Positions 52,501 through 64,000 of a stretch of 64,000 nucleotides of DNA are shown here, piece by piece; the stretch's first letter is position 1, and the number at the start of each line of letters is the position of its first letter. The notes under the pieces were generated by a model, which worked only from the letters and a program-made list of their open reading frames with translations, was not told where the DNA came from and did no database searches. Source of the DNA: Harriotta raleighana (Eukaryota); the NCBI GenBank assembly GCA_050575255.1, contig JBNZDD010013586.1, forward strand, positions 65,512 to 129,511. Reading direction: 5' to 3'. The position numbers and the translations under genes are program-made.

Positions 52501-55500
52501 ATGGGGATACTTTGGCCTCTGGTGACAATCTTTCCCCTCCCTCAATTGAACTGAAAATGAACTTTCTGCCTGCAAAAGTGTGCTGAACTTTAGTAAATGC
52601 AACTGCGCAAGTAATTACACAGAATCCAATTGATAATCGTAACTTCTTTCTTCCTTTTTTCGTTGCTTATTACCTCTGGTGTAACTGTTAGCATGAAATA
52701 AAGTAAACTGCCCCTAATTGGACAGCATAAACATCCTGCTCTGTTTGGTTCTGAATTCAATGAACCTTTTGCTTCTCAATGTCCTTGGTGTGGAGATATC
52801 AGCCAGATGAAAACATGATTAATCAAAACAGACAGAAATATCGAAAGAAAGTGTGTACAGATGTTTGAGGCGCCCAGGGTGGGAAAAGGAACATTGGAGC
52901 ATTAAGGGTTCCTTGTCTCCGATTTACAATCTAGGCCATTTGTCACACAAATCTGACGTCGGAACTGAGACAGCGAGGCTGAGGTTACGTCTGTTTAACT
53001 GACGTGAAATTGTGGTCAGACAATATTTCCCAATTCTTGCAATTTTCCTGAAAGAATTAATAGAATTAAAATGTGTTTTGGTTTGCAGTTTCTTCTCCAG
53101 AAGCAAAACCACCAGGGGTCTCCGGGGTTTTATTGAAATTTCTCAAGAGCATTCTGGAAAACTCTTCCACCCCAACACATTTCTGCATAAGTCTTCCCAG
53201 GCACTTTGCCATGGAGTTGGATCTACTTGCTTTAGAAAAAGAATTATTCACGAGGCTTTATAATAATTATAATAATAATAATAACCCTTGCATTTGATAT
53301 GTTGCTTTTCACATCTTCGAGACAGAATAATAGTAATAATAAATAATGCTTGCATTTGAATACATATACTATAAAGTGAATTAACTGTATATTTTGGTGG
53401 GCGAAACGTGGCAGCCAATTGCGCACAGCTGTGTCCCACAGCATTCTTTTTTCTTGAAGGATTATTTACAGGCATGTGGAATCGAACCCAGCAAGCAATC
53501 ATGCTTGCTCTACATGAGTTGCTCTAACCACTGAGCACTGAGCACATGGTACTTAATGCCATGATTATTTTTGGCATTCAATTAGAGGCTCTGTCAATTT
53601 ATTATTTTTCTTTAAGCTGAATGTGGGAATGACATTAGCATGACGTTGCACTCCTACAAATGCAACCAAACAGTTGAAGCATTTGGAATCGAGCATATAT
53701 TATCCAGTGAGCTTTTTGATCCACTTAGTTGCTGCCAGCTTCAGTTGCTGCCTTGCTTTATTTTTAATCCAGCAACATTTTCGATGGGAGCTATCAATGA
53801 AATGAACCTCATTTGAACAACGCTTATCAAAGAGCAGACTGCTTGTCTGTCTTTATGGTTTGATATAAACTTTTTCTTTATTAGGAAAAGATGTATGAAA
53901 TTGCCTGCGGAGACAGTCGAAGGACTGAAGAACTTGATTGGCTATGAGGAACCTTCCACACTTACAGAATTTCTCCAAAAATTTAACTACTACATGCCTA
54001 TTATAGCGTAAGTAGAAAGGATGTTTTATTATTTCAACATGGGAAAGTGTCTCAGCATGACTTCATGCATGTGGGGATTTGTGTTTTAATGCTATGTTCT
54101 CCCACGCACCAGCACAGTTCAACACACTGTTGTCACAACGGGGCAATTTCAGATACGGTTTCATAATCTCTTTTCAGTGTGATTAAATGTAAATGCACCA
54201 GGAATGTGTGGGTTCAAAAGCCTATACAACAATAATGAGGGAAATCTGTCCACTTTCCGAATGAAATTGTTTGTCTATTGCACATCAGAATGCTTGAAAA
54301 CAACAAAATCCTCAGACTCTATTGAGACAAATTGTGATGTCAACATATTTAGTCTAAAATATTTCAGATCTGGATGTGTACTGGTTAAGGGCATAACTTC
54401 TATTCTGTCTTTGGTTTGATGGCTTTATTTTTCAGAGTACTGGGTCTTTTCTAACCACAGTTAGAAGATAAGGTTTATTCATAAATTGTTGGCAAGTAAT
54501 TTCCTATGGCTACTTACATGGAAGATTGTGAACTTTCAAGGCTAAATACTGAATACTAATTATAAATAATTTCCGCAGTCATTTTTTTAAACTCAAAGGT
54601 GACGGAGGAAGATTTATATAATCAGTGGGCATATTGGCACTTTCGGGAGATAATAATAATACAGTAATCCTTGCATTTGATGCGAGTGCTTTTCATGTCT
54701 TCTAGACGTCTCAAAGCGCTTCACAGAATATACTGCAAAGTGAATTGACTGTATATTTGAGATCAACGGCAATCGGATGGAGAAATGCTAAATAAAGTCC
54801 GATCTTTACTTGCCATTCTACATCCTTGGCATTGTGAGGACACAATAAAAGTCTGATGCTATTCAAGCTGAAAGGAACCAATGTTTATCTTTCTCTGCAC
54901 ACAGTGGGAGCCGAGAAGCTGTGAAAAGAATCGCTTATGAACTCGTCCAAATGAAAGCCAAGGAAGGCATTATTTATTGTGAAGCTAGGTATAGCCCTCA
55001 TCTTTTGGCCAACTGTGGAGTCACTCCCATTCCTTGGAACCAGGAACAGTAAGTAATACAAATAAACTCTTGTGTTTGAGAAACTATGCTGTTGAAGTAT
55101 TTTGGTATCAACTCTTAACATACTTTAAGGTCTCCATTTTTCTAGTCAAGAATATAAGTCTTCATATGCGTTATAACAATATGTCAATTTCTAGCAATTT
55201 TGATACGCACAATTCTAATTTTGGTATAATTTACCGTCCCTGCCCAAGTGAGAACATTTTATTTGGTATCTAATGTAAAGCAATACTAGTCTGTACTGTT
55301 ATTGTCACTGAGTTTCGTAACATTACTGATTATAAAAGCCAATCTAATTGTGAACTTAGTCCTGCCAGGGCAGAGTGAAACCTTGAGCAAGTTTCCTTAC
55401 TCGACACGCCTGATAATAATCCCATAAATTGATCATTTCAATCCACCGTAGTCTGTACTGTTATTTGACCCGTGGATAATAAAATATTTTCACCTGACCT

Positions 55501-58500
55501 CGGACGGAATTCCCACTTGCGTGTGGGATCAATCTAGCTGGTGTTCTATATGTTATATAGATTAGAATCTGTTTTTATTTGACTTTTCATTTGTACAAAC
55601 AGAGGAGACCTATCTCCAGATGAAGTGGTTCAACTCGTCAACCAAGGCTTCAAGGAAGGAGAAAAGGAATTTAACATCAAAGTAAGGTCTATTCTTTGCT
55701 GCATGAGGCACATGCCAGGTAATCTTTTTTCATTTATGGGGGGGCGGGGGAGGGTAACATCTTGAGAGTGCTTAAATAACCATATAAATTCAAGTCGCTG
55801 TTAGCTGTGAGTATCAGTGGCCTTGTTAAGGGAGTAAAGAAGATTTGAAGGGTTACCGGCTTTCATTAAAAATATTCCAATAAACTAACATAGAGACAGA
55901 ATAAACTTGGGGTGCTTTATGAATGGTTTTGAAACTGTTCACTGGCTCCCCATTTCTCTGAGGATAGAATTCAAAATGACCTGGCGATCCCTCATCAACT
56001 TGGCTGCTCTGTCTGTTCAGCAGCCTGTTCCACGTCTCCCTCCTGATCTGCTCTACCATCAGCGGCTGGGCTATTAGCCTCTCTGCCCCCACCCTTTGGA
56101 ATTCCATCCGACATTCCCTTCTCCTTCCTCCCTTCCTTGCCTCCTTCAAGCACCCTCTCAAGACCCTCATTTCCAACCGTACCTTCAGGCCGTCCTCCTA
56201 CCTCTCTGCCATCCCTCATGTCCCTGTCCCTCCACCCCACCTCCACCTCCCCACACTCGGGTCCTGATCCCCAACTTGGGACATCCTCCTGATGTATAAG
56301 GCGCTCTACACATGTAATTTTGCTGTTGTTGTAAGTGCAATTTGTTGATGTTTTCATGTACCCTATAGAGCTGAGGACTCTCTAGCTTCTAAATGGTCAG
56401 TTTCAGAACCCGATATACAGAAGTTGTGTGGAAAAGGTAATATGGTATGACTGTGTTTTTTTCAGAGTGGTCAATCGAAGTCGTAGAACTGTGTAAAAAA
56501 TATTGCGATGAGGGAGTAGTGGGCATGGACTTAGCGGGGGATGAATCTTTAAACATGAACACCTGTTCAGGTCACAAAGAGGCCTATGAGGTGGGTACTG
56601 ACTTATTATTATGTGGGTGCGAGTGAACTACAGAATAATAACAATCAAAATAATCCTTGAATTTGATATCGTGCTTTTCACGTCTTCTAGATGCCTCAAA
56701 GCTCTTCACAGCATATACTGTAAAATGAATTTGTATATTTGTGGGCAAAATGTGGCAGCCAACTGCGCCCAATAGTGTCCCACAAACACTAGTGGATTGA
56801 AATGACCGATTTTTTTTTATTTTTAAGTGGGATTATTATCAGGTGTGTCCACTAAGGAAACTTGCTCAAGGTCTCACTTTGCCTGGAAGGACTAAGTTCA
56901 CAATTAGATTGTTTTTTTTATAATGGGGAATGTTGAGTAATTCAGTGATACAGCTGTTATCAATCGATTCCATGGCAACGCCTTCTTTGCAAATGCATTC
57001 ACAATAACATTTTTGTGGTGTTGAAATAAAAGATGTTCGAGATATGGAGGAGGGCTTGGGGTTAATGGATTACATCACAATACACTTTAACTAGAAGTGA
57101 TGGAATAGAAATGTGTCCTTTCAGATTTCCCCAGTGTTATCTAAGCTGTGCAAATAAAAATTCTTTACTGTAGAGGTAATAACGTTTCACACCCAATATG
57201 GACCCAGACGAAGTGCAATAAGTAACACTGGTTAATCTACCATTACTCTTATAAAGCACGCAATTTGCGATCATTAATAATCCTGAGTACATTATCAAGC
57301 TGCTACCATTTGACCTGTAGTTATTGAATCTGGAAAGGTGATAAATCCCTCCACAAGAAAAAAACCACATGATCGATTGAAACAAGCCATAACAGATCAT
57401 AGTACAATTAGGACACAAGTATCAGAGTTTTCAATGTGTTCCATGGATTTACTTTCCGATTGTGGTTCACTGCATTATCTCCCAACAGCTGAACTGTAAA
57501 CCAATACTACCACATTGAAACTAGGTTGTTCTTTCCACTCTCACTATGTAAACCTACACCCCGTAACATCAACACCAAATCTTAATACCAAAGTACTTTG
57601 ATATTTTACTGTAAAATGTAATGTTAACAATAATCCTTGCATTTGATGTAGTGCCTCACCCGGTCATTAAGACGTCTGAAAGCGCTGCACAGATAATACT
57701 ATAAAAGTGGATTGACTCTATTCGCCCACAAAATATACAGTCACTCTCTTTACAGTATATTCTGTGCGGTCGTTTGAGACGTCTTAAGGACGCGATAAGG
57801 TCCGATATCAAACACAAGGATTATTATTATATTTTATGGGCAAAACACAGCAACCATTTACGCAGTGTTCTACAAACAATCGTGTATTGAATGACCAAGT
57901 TATTTTTTAAAATTTCTTTAAATGTCGTGATTGAATGTGTAGAGACTCTTGTCCTTCTTGCTACCCTCCAGACATTCTTTGTTGCAGTTTTTATAAGAAC
58001 AGTAATATTTTATTGCTCTGATTCATGTGAAAGACTTTATAGGTAAATTCTATAAGGATTGGGTTTAGTGAAGAACACAGCCTCCCTACAGAAGAACAAT
58101 TAGTTGTGCTCTGGTTCTTAAGGAAGACTGCTGTTGCAGCCATTAATATTCCTGTTTGCTTTTACTTTGTCAGGAGGCTTTCAGCAGTGGCATTCATCGT
58201 ACTGTACACGCAGGTGAAGTGGGGCCACCATCAGTTGTCAGAGAGGTGAGACCGACTACATTGCAACAACAACAAAATTACATTTGTATAGGGCCTTACA
58301 CCTTGGCTCCCTCAAAGCACAGGACAATCAGTATTTTGGTCCCTAGCTGGGGATTGAGGAGGGTGGAGGGAAGGAGGGGATGGAGGGTGATCAAAAGCAC
58401 CGTCGAAGAGGATGGTCTTTAGACGGGTCTTGAAGGAGGCGAGAGATGGGGCGAAGTGGAACGACTGGGGGATAGAGTAGCGGAATGCCCATCGCCAGTG

Positions 58501-61142
58501 GTGGGGCGGGGCGAGGCGGAGGACGTGAAGCAGGCTGGATCCCGTTGAGCAGAGGTGGCAGGCAGGTTAGTAGGAGGTCACAGCGGTAGGGGGGAGTGAG
58601 GCCATGAATAGCATTGAAGGTGAGGACCAGGGTTTTGAACTGTATCCTCATGGGAAGCCAGTGGAGTTCGGCGAGGATGGGGGTGATAGGGTCACGGAGC
58701 TAGGTGCGGGAGAGGACACGAGCTGCGGAGGTCTTGCTGGAGATCATGTATTACAAATATTATTTTAACCCGTATGTGTTGAACTTTTACTCCCTCCAAG
58801 AACTTAATGATTTATGGAAATAGTATCGAGCGCAGAATTCTGGTAAGGAAAGTTCTGCTAACAAATCAGAACCTCAAATCTACCTCGCCTTTATAAGAAA
58901 ACTTCTAAACGGTTACAAAGGTGTAGCCTTGTGGTGGCAGAAGGAAAGGCAGACAAACAAAAATCAAGATAAGATGGGTGTCTCCGATTTACACAAAGTG
59001 GTACCGAAGAACATTTAAAACAGACTATGCTCTACTCTACTCAATAACATCCACTGTGTCTAAACCCGGGAAGCTTTGAATTGGCAATGTAGCAGATGAG
59101 GGAAATTTACTTGGTAAACTCAGTTCTCACATCAAAATATTCCAACCAAATAAGTTTGCCAGAAATATAAAAATGTTGGATGGTTTTCCCTAATTGATAC
59201 TGAACCCTTGGGACCTCCTCCCGATGTGAAAGGCGCTCCATCAATGTAATTTTGTTGTTGTTGGGTTGTTGAACATTTATAAACATTTATAAGGATCGTA
59301 TAATCCTTTAAAATCTTTGTAAATTTACTTTCAGGCAGTAGAGGTACTGAGGGCTGAGCGGATTGGACATGGTTATCATGCTATTAAAGATCCGTCTCTT
59401 TATCAACAGCTATTGAAGAATAATATGCATTTTGAGGTAGGTACTTGACCTGTGAAGAAGAAGAAGAAGAAAAAAAACAATAAGCTTTTTGACCAGAAGC
59501 TTAAATCTTTAGCATTCGAATAATTCGAGGTTTTGTGTGATTGTGGAAGAACCACTTTGTTTTGTCTTCTTCGTTTAGGAAACATTATTTTTTTTTTCTG
59601 CAGTTGTGTCCTTGGTCTAGTTACCTTACAGGAGCCTGTGATCCAGATTTTACAAAACATCCAATCATAAGGTAAGTCTAATTTCTGGCTTCATGGGATC
59701 CCCAAAGCATGAGTATCAATATGTTATTAAAATTGGTCAATGCATTCTGAAATTAGGTTTCACTGGCTGAACTAGCTAATTGTTCCGAGACCCTGCCCCC
59801 TCCCCCCATCAACGAGAGTTGTTGCTTTTGTTTTGAAATGATGTTCTTGTTAAATCAGCTTTTTGTCCAAACTTAGAACTAAACAATCAAAAAAGCTAGC
59901 CAAATCCCAACAATGGTGAATTTGTTTATCAATCCCCCAAATTCAAAGGATAAATGCTGCATGAGGTTCGCAAAGAAACCGGACAAAATCCATGATCATT
60001 AACTTCATTAAGTAGGCTAATGCAATAGGGTCCTCCTTGGTGGGAATACATGCCTCACAAGCGAGAGACCTGGGTTCGATTCCTCACAAGCGAGAGACCT
60101 GGGTTCGATTCCTCACAGGGCGAAACCTTTGGCAAGTTTCCTTACTCCACATGCCTGCCAATAATTCCACAAGAAAAATATAACAATAATAATACTGTAA
60201 TTTGGTCACTCAATCCACGACTGTTTGTGGGACACTGCTGTGCGCAATTGGCTGCCTTGTTTTGCCCACAAAATTACAGTCAATTCACTTTAAAGTATAT
60301 TTTGTGAAGCGCTTTGAGACGTTTTATCAAATGCAAGGATTATTTATTATTATGATATACAAGGTACAGTACATAGGAGAAACAAGACTGATGCTGGGCA
60401 GATCTGCAGAGATTTAACCCAAGGCAGGTCTATCAAGTTTCGCCGATGACGTTTCCTTTGGCTTTCCTAACTTTCCTAACACACACACACACTCACACAC
60501 ACACATCCTATTTTTAAAATATTGACATTTATGTCTCCACAGGTTTAGAGAAGATAAAGCAAACTATTCTCTGAGTACTGACGATCCACTAATATTTAAA
60601 TCGACCATTGACAAAGATTATCAGATTGCATCAAAATACATGGATTTCACACAAGAGGAATTCATGAGAATGGCAAGTTTCGGAAGCTTATTTTTAATTG
60701 AAAATTCATGTTATTTGATACGCTCCATTCCTTTTTGGTCAAAGTAAAATAGTGAGAATTCAAATAACATTTCTAGAAAATGAGTATAATATACTTGGAA
60801 ATATAATTATAGTGGTGGGGTGGGGGGGTGGGTGGAGAGGAAATTCTATTAGAGGCCACGTTTATCAATATCATCTCATGTTACTCAGAATTAAAGAGTT
60901 CCAGTACACTGCTTGTATTTCCAGCAACAATGGGCGTAGCTTATAATGTGCTTCCAAAGAAAAACCTTACTTGTTAAGAAATGCGTTGCCTGCATTTGTT
61001 CTAAAGTATTGAATGTAAATTGATGACTGATGTTTATTCAATCTACCCGCAGAACATTAATGCAGCCAAATCCTGCTTCCTCCCTGCAAACGAGAAGGAG
61101 GAACTTCTGAACAAGTTGTATGATGCCTATGGAATGGAATAG
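43203..61142 (+). CDS. ADA: Adenosine deaminase, 359 aa (exons 43203-43250, 49551-49612, 53885-54007, 54905-55048, 55603-55718, 56466-56590, 58174-58245, 59335-59436, 59604-59671, 60543-60672, 61053-61142)
   Basis: [16 protein letters not shown]|[20 protein letters not shown] (HxH Zn ligands); [11 protein letters not shown]; SILCCMRH; MDLAGDE; HRTVHAGE; ERIGHGYH; HFELCPWSS; YSLSTDDP. Exon phases are consistent and the total is 1080 nt. Intron 10 starts GCAAGT. Confidence 0.97.
44330..44628 (-). mobile_element. Full-length tRNA-derived SINE in ADA intron 1
   Basis: Reverse-complement match including the head GTCCTGTGGCTCAGTGGTTAGAGCA. Confidence 0.82.
45301..45472. mobile_element. Degraded pogo/Tigger-type MITE
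   Basis: TA|GAGTCAAACC ... GTTTGACTT|TA imperfect terminal inverted repeats with TA flanks, plus internal GACCAC/GCCACC repeats. Confidence 0.45.
51509..51823 (-). mobile_element. Full-length tRNA-derived SINE in ADA intron 2
   Basis: Reverse-complement match from GGAGTCCTGTAATTCAGTGG to the tail. Confidence 0.88.
55940..56332 (+). mobile_element. L2 LINE 3' fragment in ADA intron 5
   Basis: CACTGGCTCCCC (HWLP), CT-rich 3' UTR and tail TTGGGACATCCTCCTGATGTATAAGGCGCT..(TTG)n. Confidence 0.75.
58265..58732 (-). mobile_element. L2 LINE 3' fragment in ADA intron 7
   Basis: [40 protein letters not shown] on the minus strand. Confidence 0.82.
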
Positions 61143-63131
61143 AGCAGCAAGATTAAAACCCCCCACTCGAATTCAGAGGATTAAAAGCAGATATTATTCT
61201 GTTTTTTTTTAAAAAATCAAGTGGTTGCCTGATTTGGGATTAAAACAATGGAAATGAACAAATTTTGACACGGAATTGTAAAGTATTTAATTTTTTTTTC
61301 CTGATAGCTCCATCTAGGAAATTGCGGTGGTTTTGCCAGGAATTTTGATGGCTGGAACATTGACATTCTTTCCAGCACCTCGGGATGTCCTCCTGACTTG
61401 AAAGGTGCTTTACAAATGTAATTTGTTGTACTTGTGTCATAAACAACGGCTTGCTTCATTTTGCCTTGTCATTTTAATGCAAATCTCACCAGAAGCGGGT
61501 AAACGGTTTGGACAAGCAAATAAACTCCGATTATTTGGGCAACATTTTAAAAAAAAATCAATAACAATAACTTTTTGGGCGTACACGTACAATGTTTTAT
61601 ACATGATTTGTTTTGATGTTTGTGAAAGATTTTTGTGCTAAATGTTATTGATTTTACGAAGGGCTGTTGCATTATCTCAGCTTTTGAAAAAAAGTACTGA
61701 GTTACTCAAAAGTATTTCCTACCTCCAGCCAGAGCACAGATTTCGGTAAGGTTGATTTTTGCAAGTTATATTAAGGTTGGTCTGTGGTTGGCAAGGTTCA
61801 AATGCTTAGCTCTCTTTAGATTTACTAAGTGTCTTTTGTTGAGTCAATTGTACATATCCATTAATATTCAGGATGGAGTTACGCAATAATTTACTAAGGT
61901 ACAATATTTCAAATGAATTATTTATTCTGTATTGACATACACATCAAGACTGACTCAAATTGGGCTTTGTAACCCTCCAATCATAGTGTAATTACATCTT
62001 AAACACTTTTGAATGTCAACCTGTTGATCAAGTCAATTATTTCATTACATTTCAATTAAATTTCAACTAATTTTGTTAATTCATTACAAACATCCCACAT
62101 AGTTGTTTTTGTCCATTTCAGGTGAATTTGCACGTTGAGCTTGTAATGCAGTTACACTCAGTTTAGTTGAGGCAATTTACAGTTTGTGCTGAAAATAAAA
62201 TGTTTCATTAAAAAATCCCTCGTAAATTTTAAGTACAAACAACCGCTTGGAATCCCTTGACCAATGGGATATGCTCACGTATACTTAAATGTAGGTTTTC
62301 TTTCAATAAAGACAACAGGGAGCAACTAAAAGTTGTTTTGAATTGAGATTCAAGCAGTTTATTGGTTTTCATACAAGGTTAGAGGTTCTCTCTTCGCCCC
62401 CATCTTTTCAGCATGTTGAAAATACAAAGTCTTTTCATGTAAACACAACTTTGAAAGCTTGAGATGTAACTATTCCTTTATAATTTCCACCGATTTTACC
62501 TGGCACCAACTTCTTCTACTGTATCGAAATCAGTAAAAACACAAAAGGCACGTGCTTGAAATTAGAGTAAAATATTATGGGGTAGTAAAAAAAAAATTTG
62601 AATGACACCAGAGATTTGACATGAATTATCCCGTCAAATCACTTGTGAAATATTTACCTTTTACACCCCCTTCAGTATATGGAAACAATAAATCACGTTG
62701 CTCAGAGATTTTAGGTCATGTACGGGGTGGAATTACCAAGTTATTTTGGTCTAAGTTCTGCAGCAGATTGGCTAGAATCCATTTGTAGTGCAAGAGAGAT
62801 CAAGTACGCAAGGGTACTGGACGAGACACTCACATTTTACGGTCAAGCCAGATTTCCTCATCAGGTTCCTTGGCTACTCTTATCAGGTAGTATCAATATA
62901 TTTTGTAGTGTTAGAAACAAAACACACACACAAAAAAGTCACTTTGGTGCGAATCAACATAAGAATGTTCTTTGCACCCCGTGCACAGTTGCTTATTATG
63001 GGTTCCATGTGTTCTCGTCAGGAGTTGCTGAATGCACTGAAGAGGTCCTCGTTCGGGGTCTCTGAAGGTTCCCGCATTCGGGATCACAACTCGCACGGCT
63101 CCCAATGTTTCAACGGAAGTTCAAACGTTCA

Positions 63132-63217
63132 CTAAGAGGGCGAGCTCCCACTGTCTTCACTCGGACTCTCGGTTTGATTAGTGGGCACCTGAATATCTGT
63201 CCCACCGCTTGCTTCTC
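63132..63217 (-). CDS. PKIG: Probable last coding exon of cAMP-dependent protein kinase inhibitor gamma; upstream exon outside the window
   Basis: Acceptor ttttgcattgatag followed by a phase-1 ORF (G)EASGGTDIQVPTNQTESPSEDSGSSPS*. Length and composition resemble the acidic, Ser-rich PKIG C-terminus. PKIG is tail-to-tail with ADA in human. Minus-strand AATAAA at 62358-62363. The diagnostic RTGRRNA motif is not in the window. Confidence 0.5.
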
Positions 63218-63879
63218 CTATCAATGCAAAAATGCACTTGTTTTGATTTTCCTTCCAAAAAAAATCACATTAGAAAAATTGTCTTGCCACGTTTCGCCCA
63301 CAAAACACTCAGTCAATTAATGCACCTTACAATATATTTGGTGAAGATGTTTCAACGACATGGTAAGGTACCCTATCAAATGCAAGGATTATTATTATTA
63401 TTTTCTAATGCCAATACTTCATGATATTATTCTGCCGTTACAAGGTTAATATTTCATTTGTTGTGTTTGGAATCTAATAACACGGGATAGCCTGTAAATG
63501 CACTGGTAGTCGATTTAGCACAAAATACTTTGCAATGGATAATGGTTTAATTCTTTTTGGTGCATTTCATACATCAGAAAGATTGGGTTGGCAACAAAAT
63601 GAAGGTTAAGAATGTGAGCTGATGATTTGTATGGCACAAGGAATACCAAATCCCCCTACAGTATTCCAGTGTACCGCAAGCTACAATTTGTAGTCACGAT
63701 TCGATATATTCTGTATCCTAATCCTAAAGCTTACTGTCTGTTAGAAGAAAGAGCCTCTCGGAGAGTGTTGGCAAAACACTGGGCACAGCATACACCAGTC
63801 AGCTTCTCAGCCCGATCTGCCCTTGAACTCTCAACTACTCTTCTGCCCGGCCTCCTTTCTGGTCTCCCTTCCTTCCTAG

Positions 63880-64000
63880 TCACAAAATTCAGCTCAATCA
63901 AAACTCTGCAGCCTGCATTCTCACACCCACCAAGCCCCGATTAACCCAGTCCTAGCCAAACACCACTGGCTCCTTGTCACAAGAGCGCATCGACTTCAAG
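63880..64000 (+). mobile_element. L2 LINE fragment running off the window end
   Basis: KIQLNQNSAA..PINPVLAKHHWL..RIDFK-like remnants. Confidence 0.6.

Noticed and set aside
61143-61184. 13-codon in-frame extension after the ADA TAG (SSKIKTPHSNSED*)
   Set aside because: The TAG-AGC context is not a known readthrough motif, the tail is not a recognisable targeting signal, and the length is compatible with chance.
1-64000. CRISPR arrays, operons, rRNA or other prokaryotic systems
   Set aside because: The sequence is intron-containing vertebrate DNA; repeats are dispersed retroelements rather than regularly spaced arrays.

Overview
Eukaryotic (vertebrate) genomic DNA from a draft assembly with N gaps. 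The repeat content (Deu-domain tRNA-derived SINEs, L2 and CR1 LINEs, a shark-type Penelope remnant) suggests a cartilaginous fish, probably a chimaera; this is an inference. Reading splice sites by hand gives five clear genes and one probable partial gene. In order: ARFRP1 (minus, first 4 coding exons), head-to-head across a CpG-island promoter with ZGPAT (plus, 6 exons, 536 aa); an intronless P2Y1-like GPCR (minus); CCN5/WISP2 (plus, 5 exons, 335 aa), which keeps the C-terminal cystine-knot module that mammalian CCN5 lacks; adenosine deaminase ADA (plus, 11 exons, 359 aa, one GC-AG intron); and a probable last exon of PKIG (minus), tail-to-tail with ADA. Most ORFs in the supplied track are spurious translations of repeats. 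I found no unambiguous wholly new system. The best leads are the four-module CCN5 with a possible CT-less isoform, the P2Y1 paralogue near ADA, a duplicated ZNF143/THAP11 promoter module, a SINE-supplied splice acceptor in ZGPAT, and an inverted copy of flanking DNA that interrupts a CR1.
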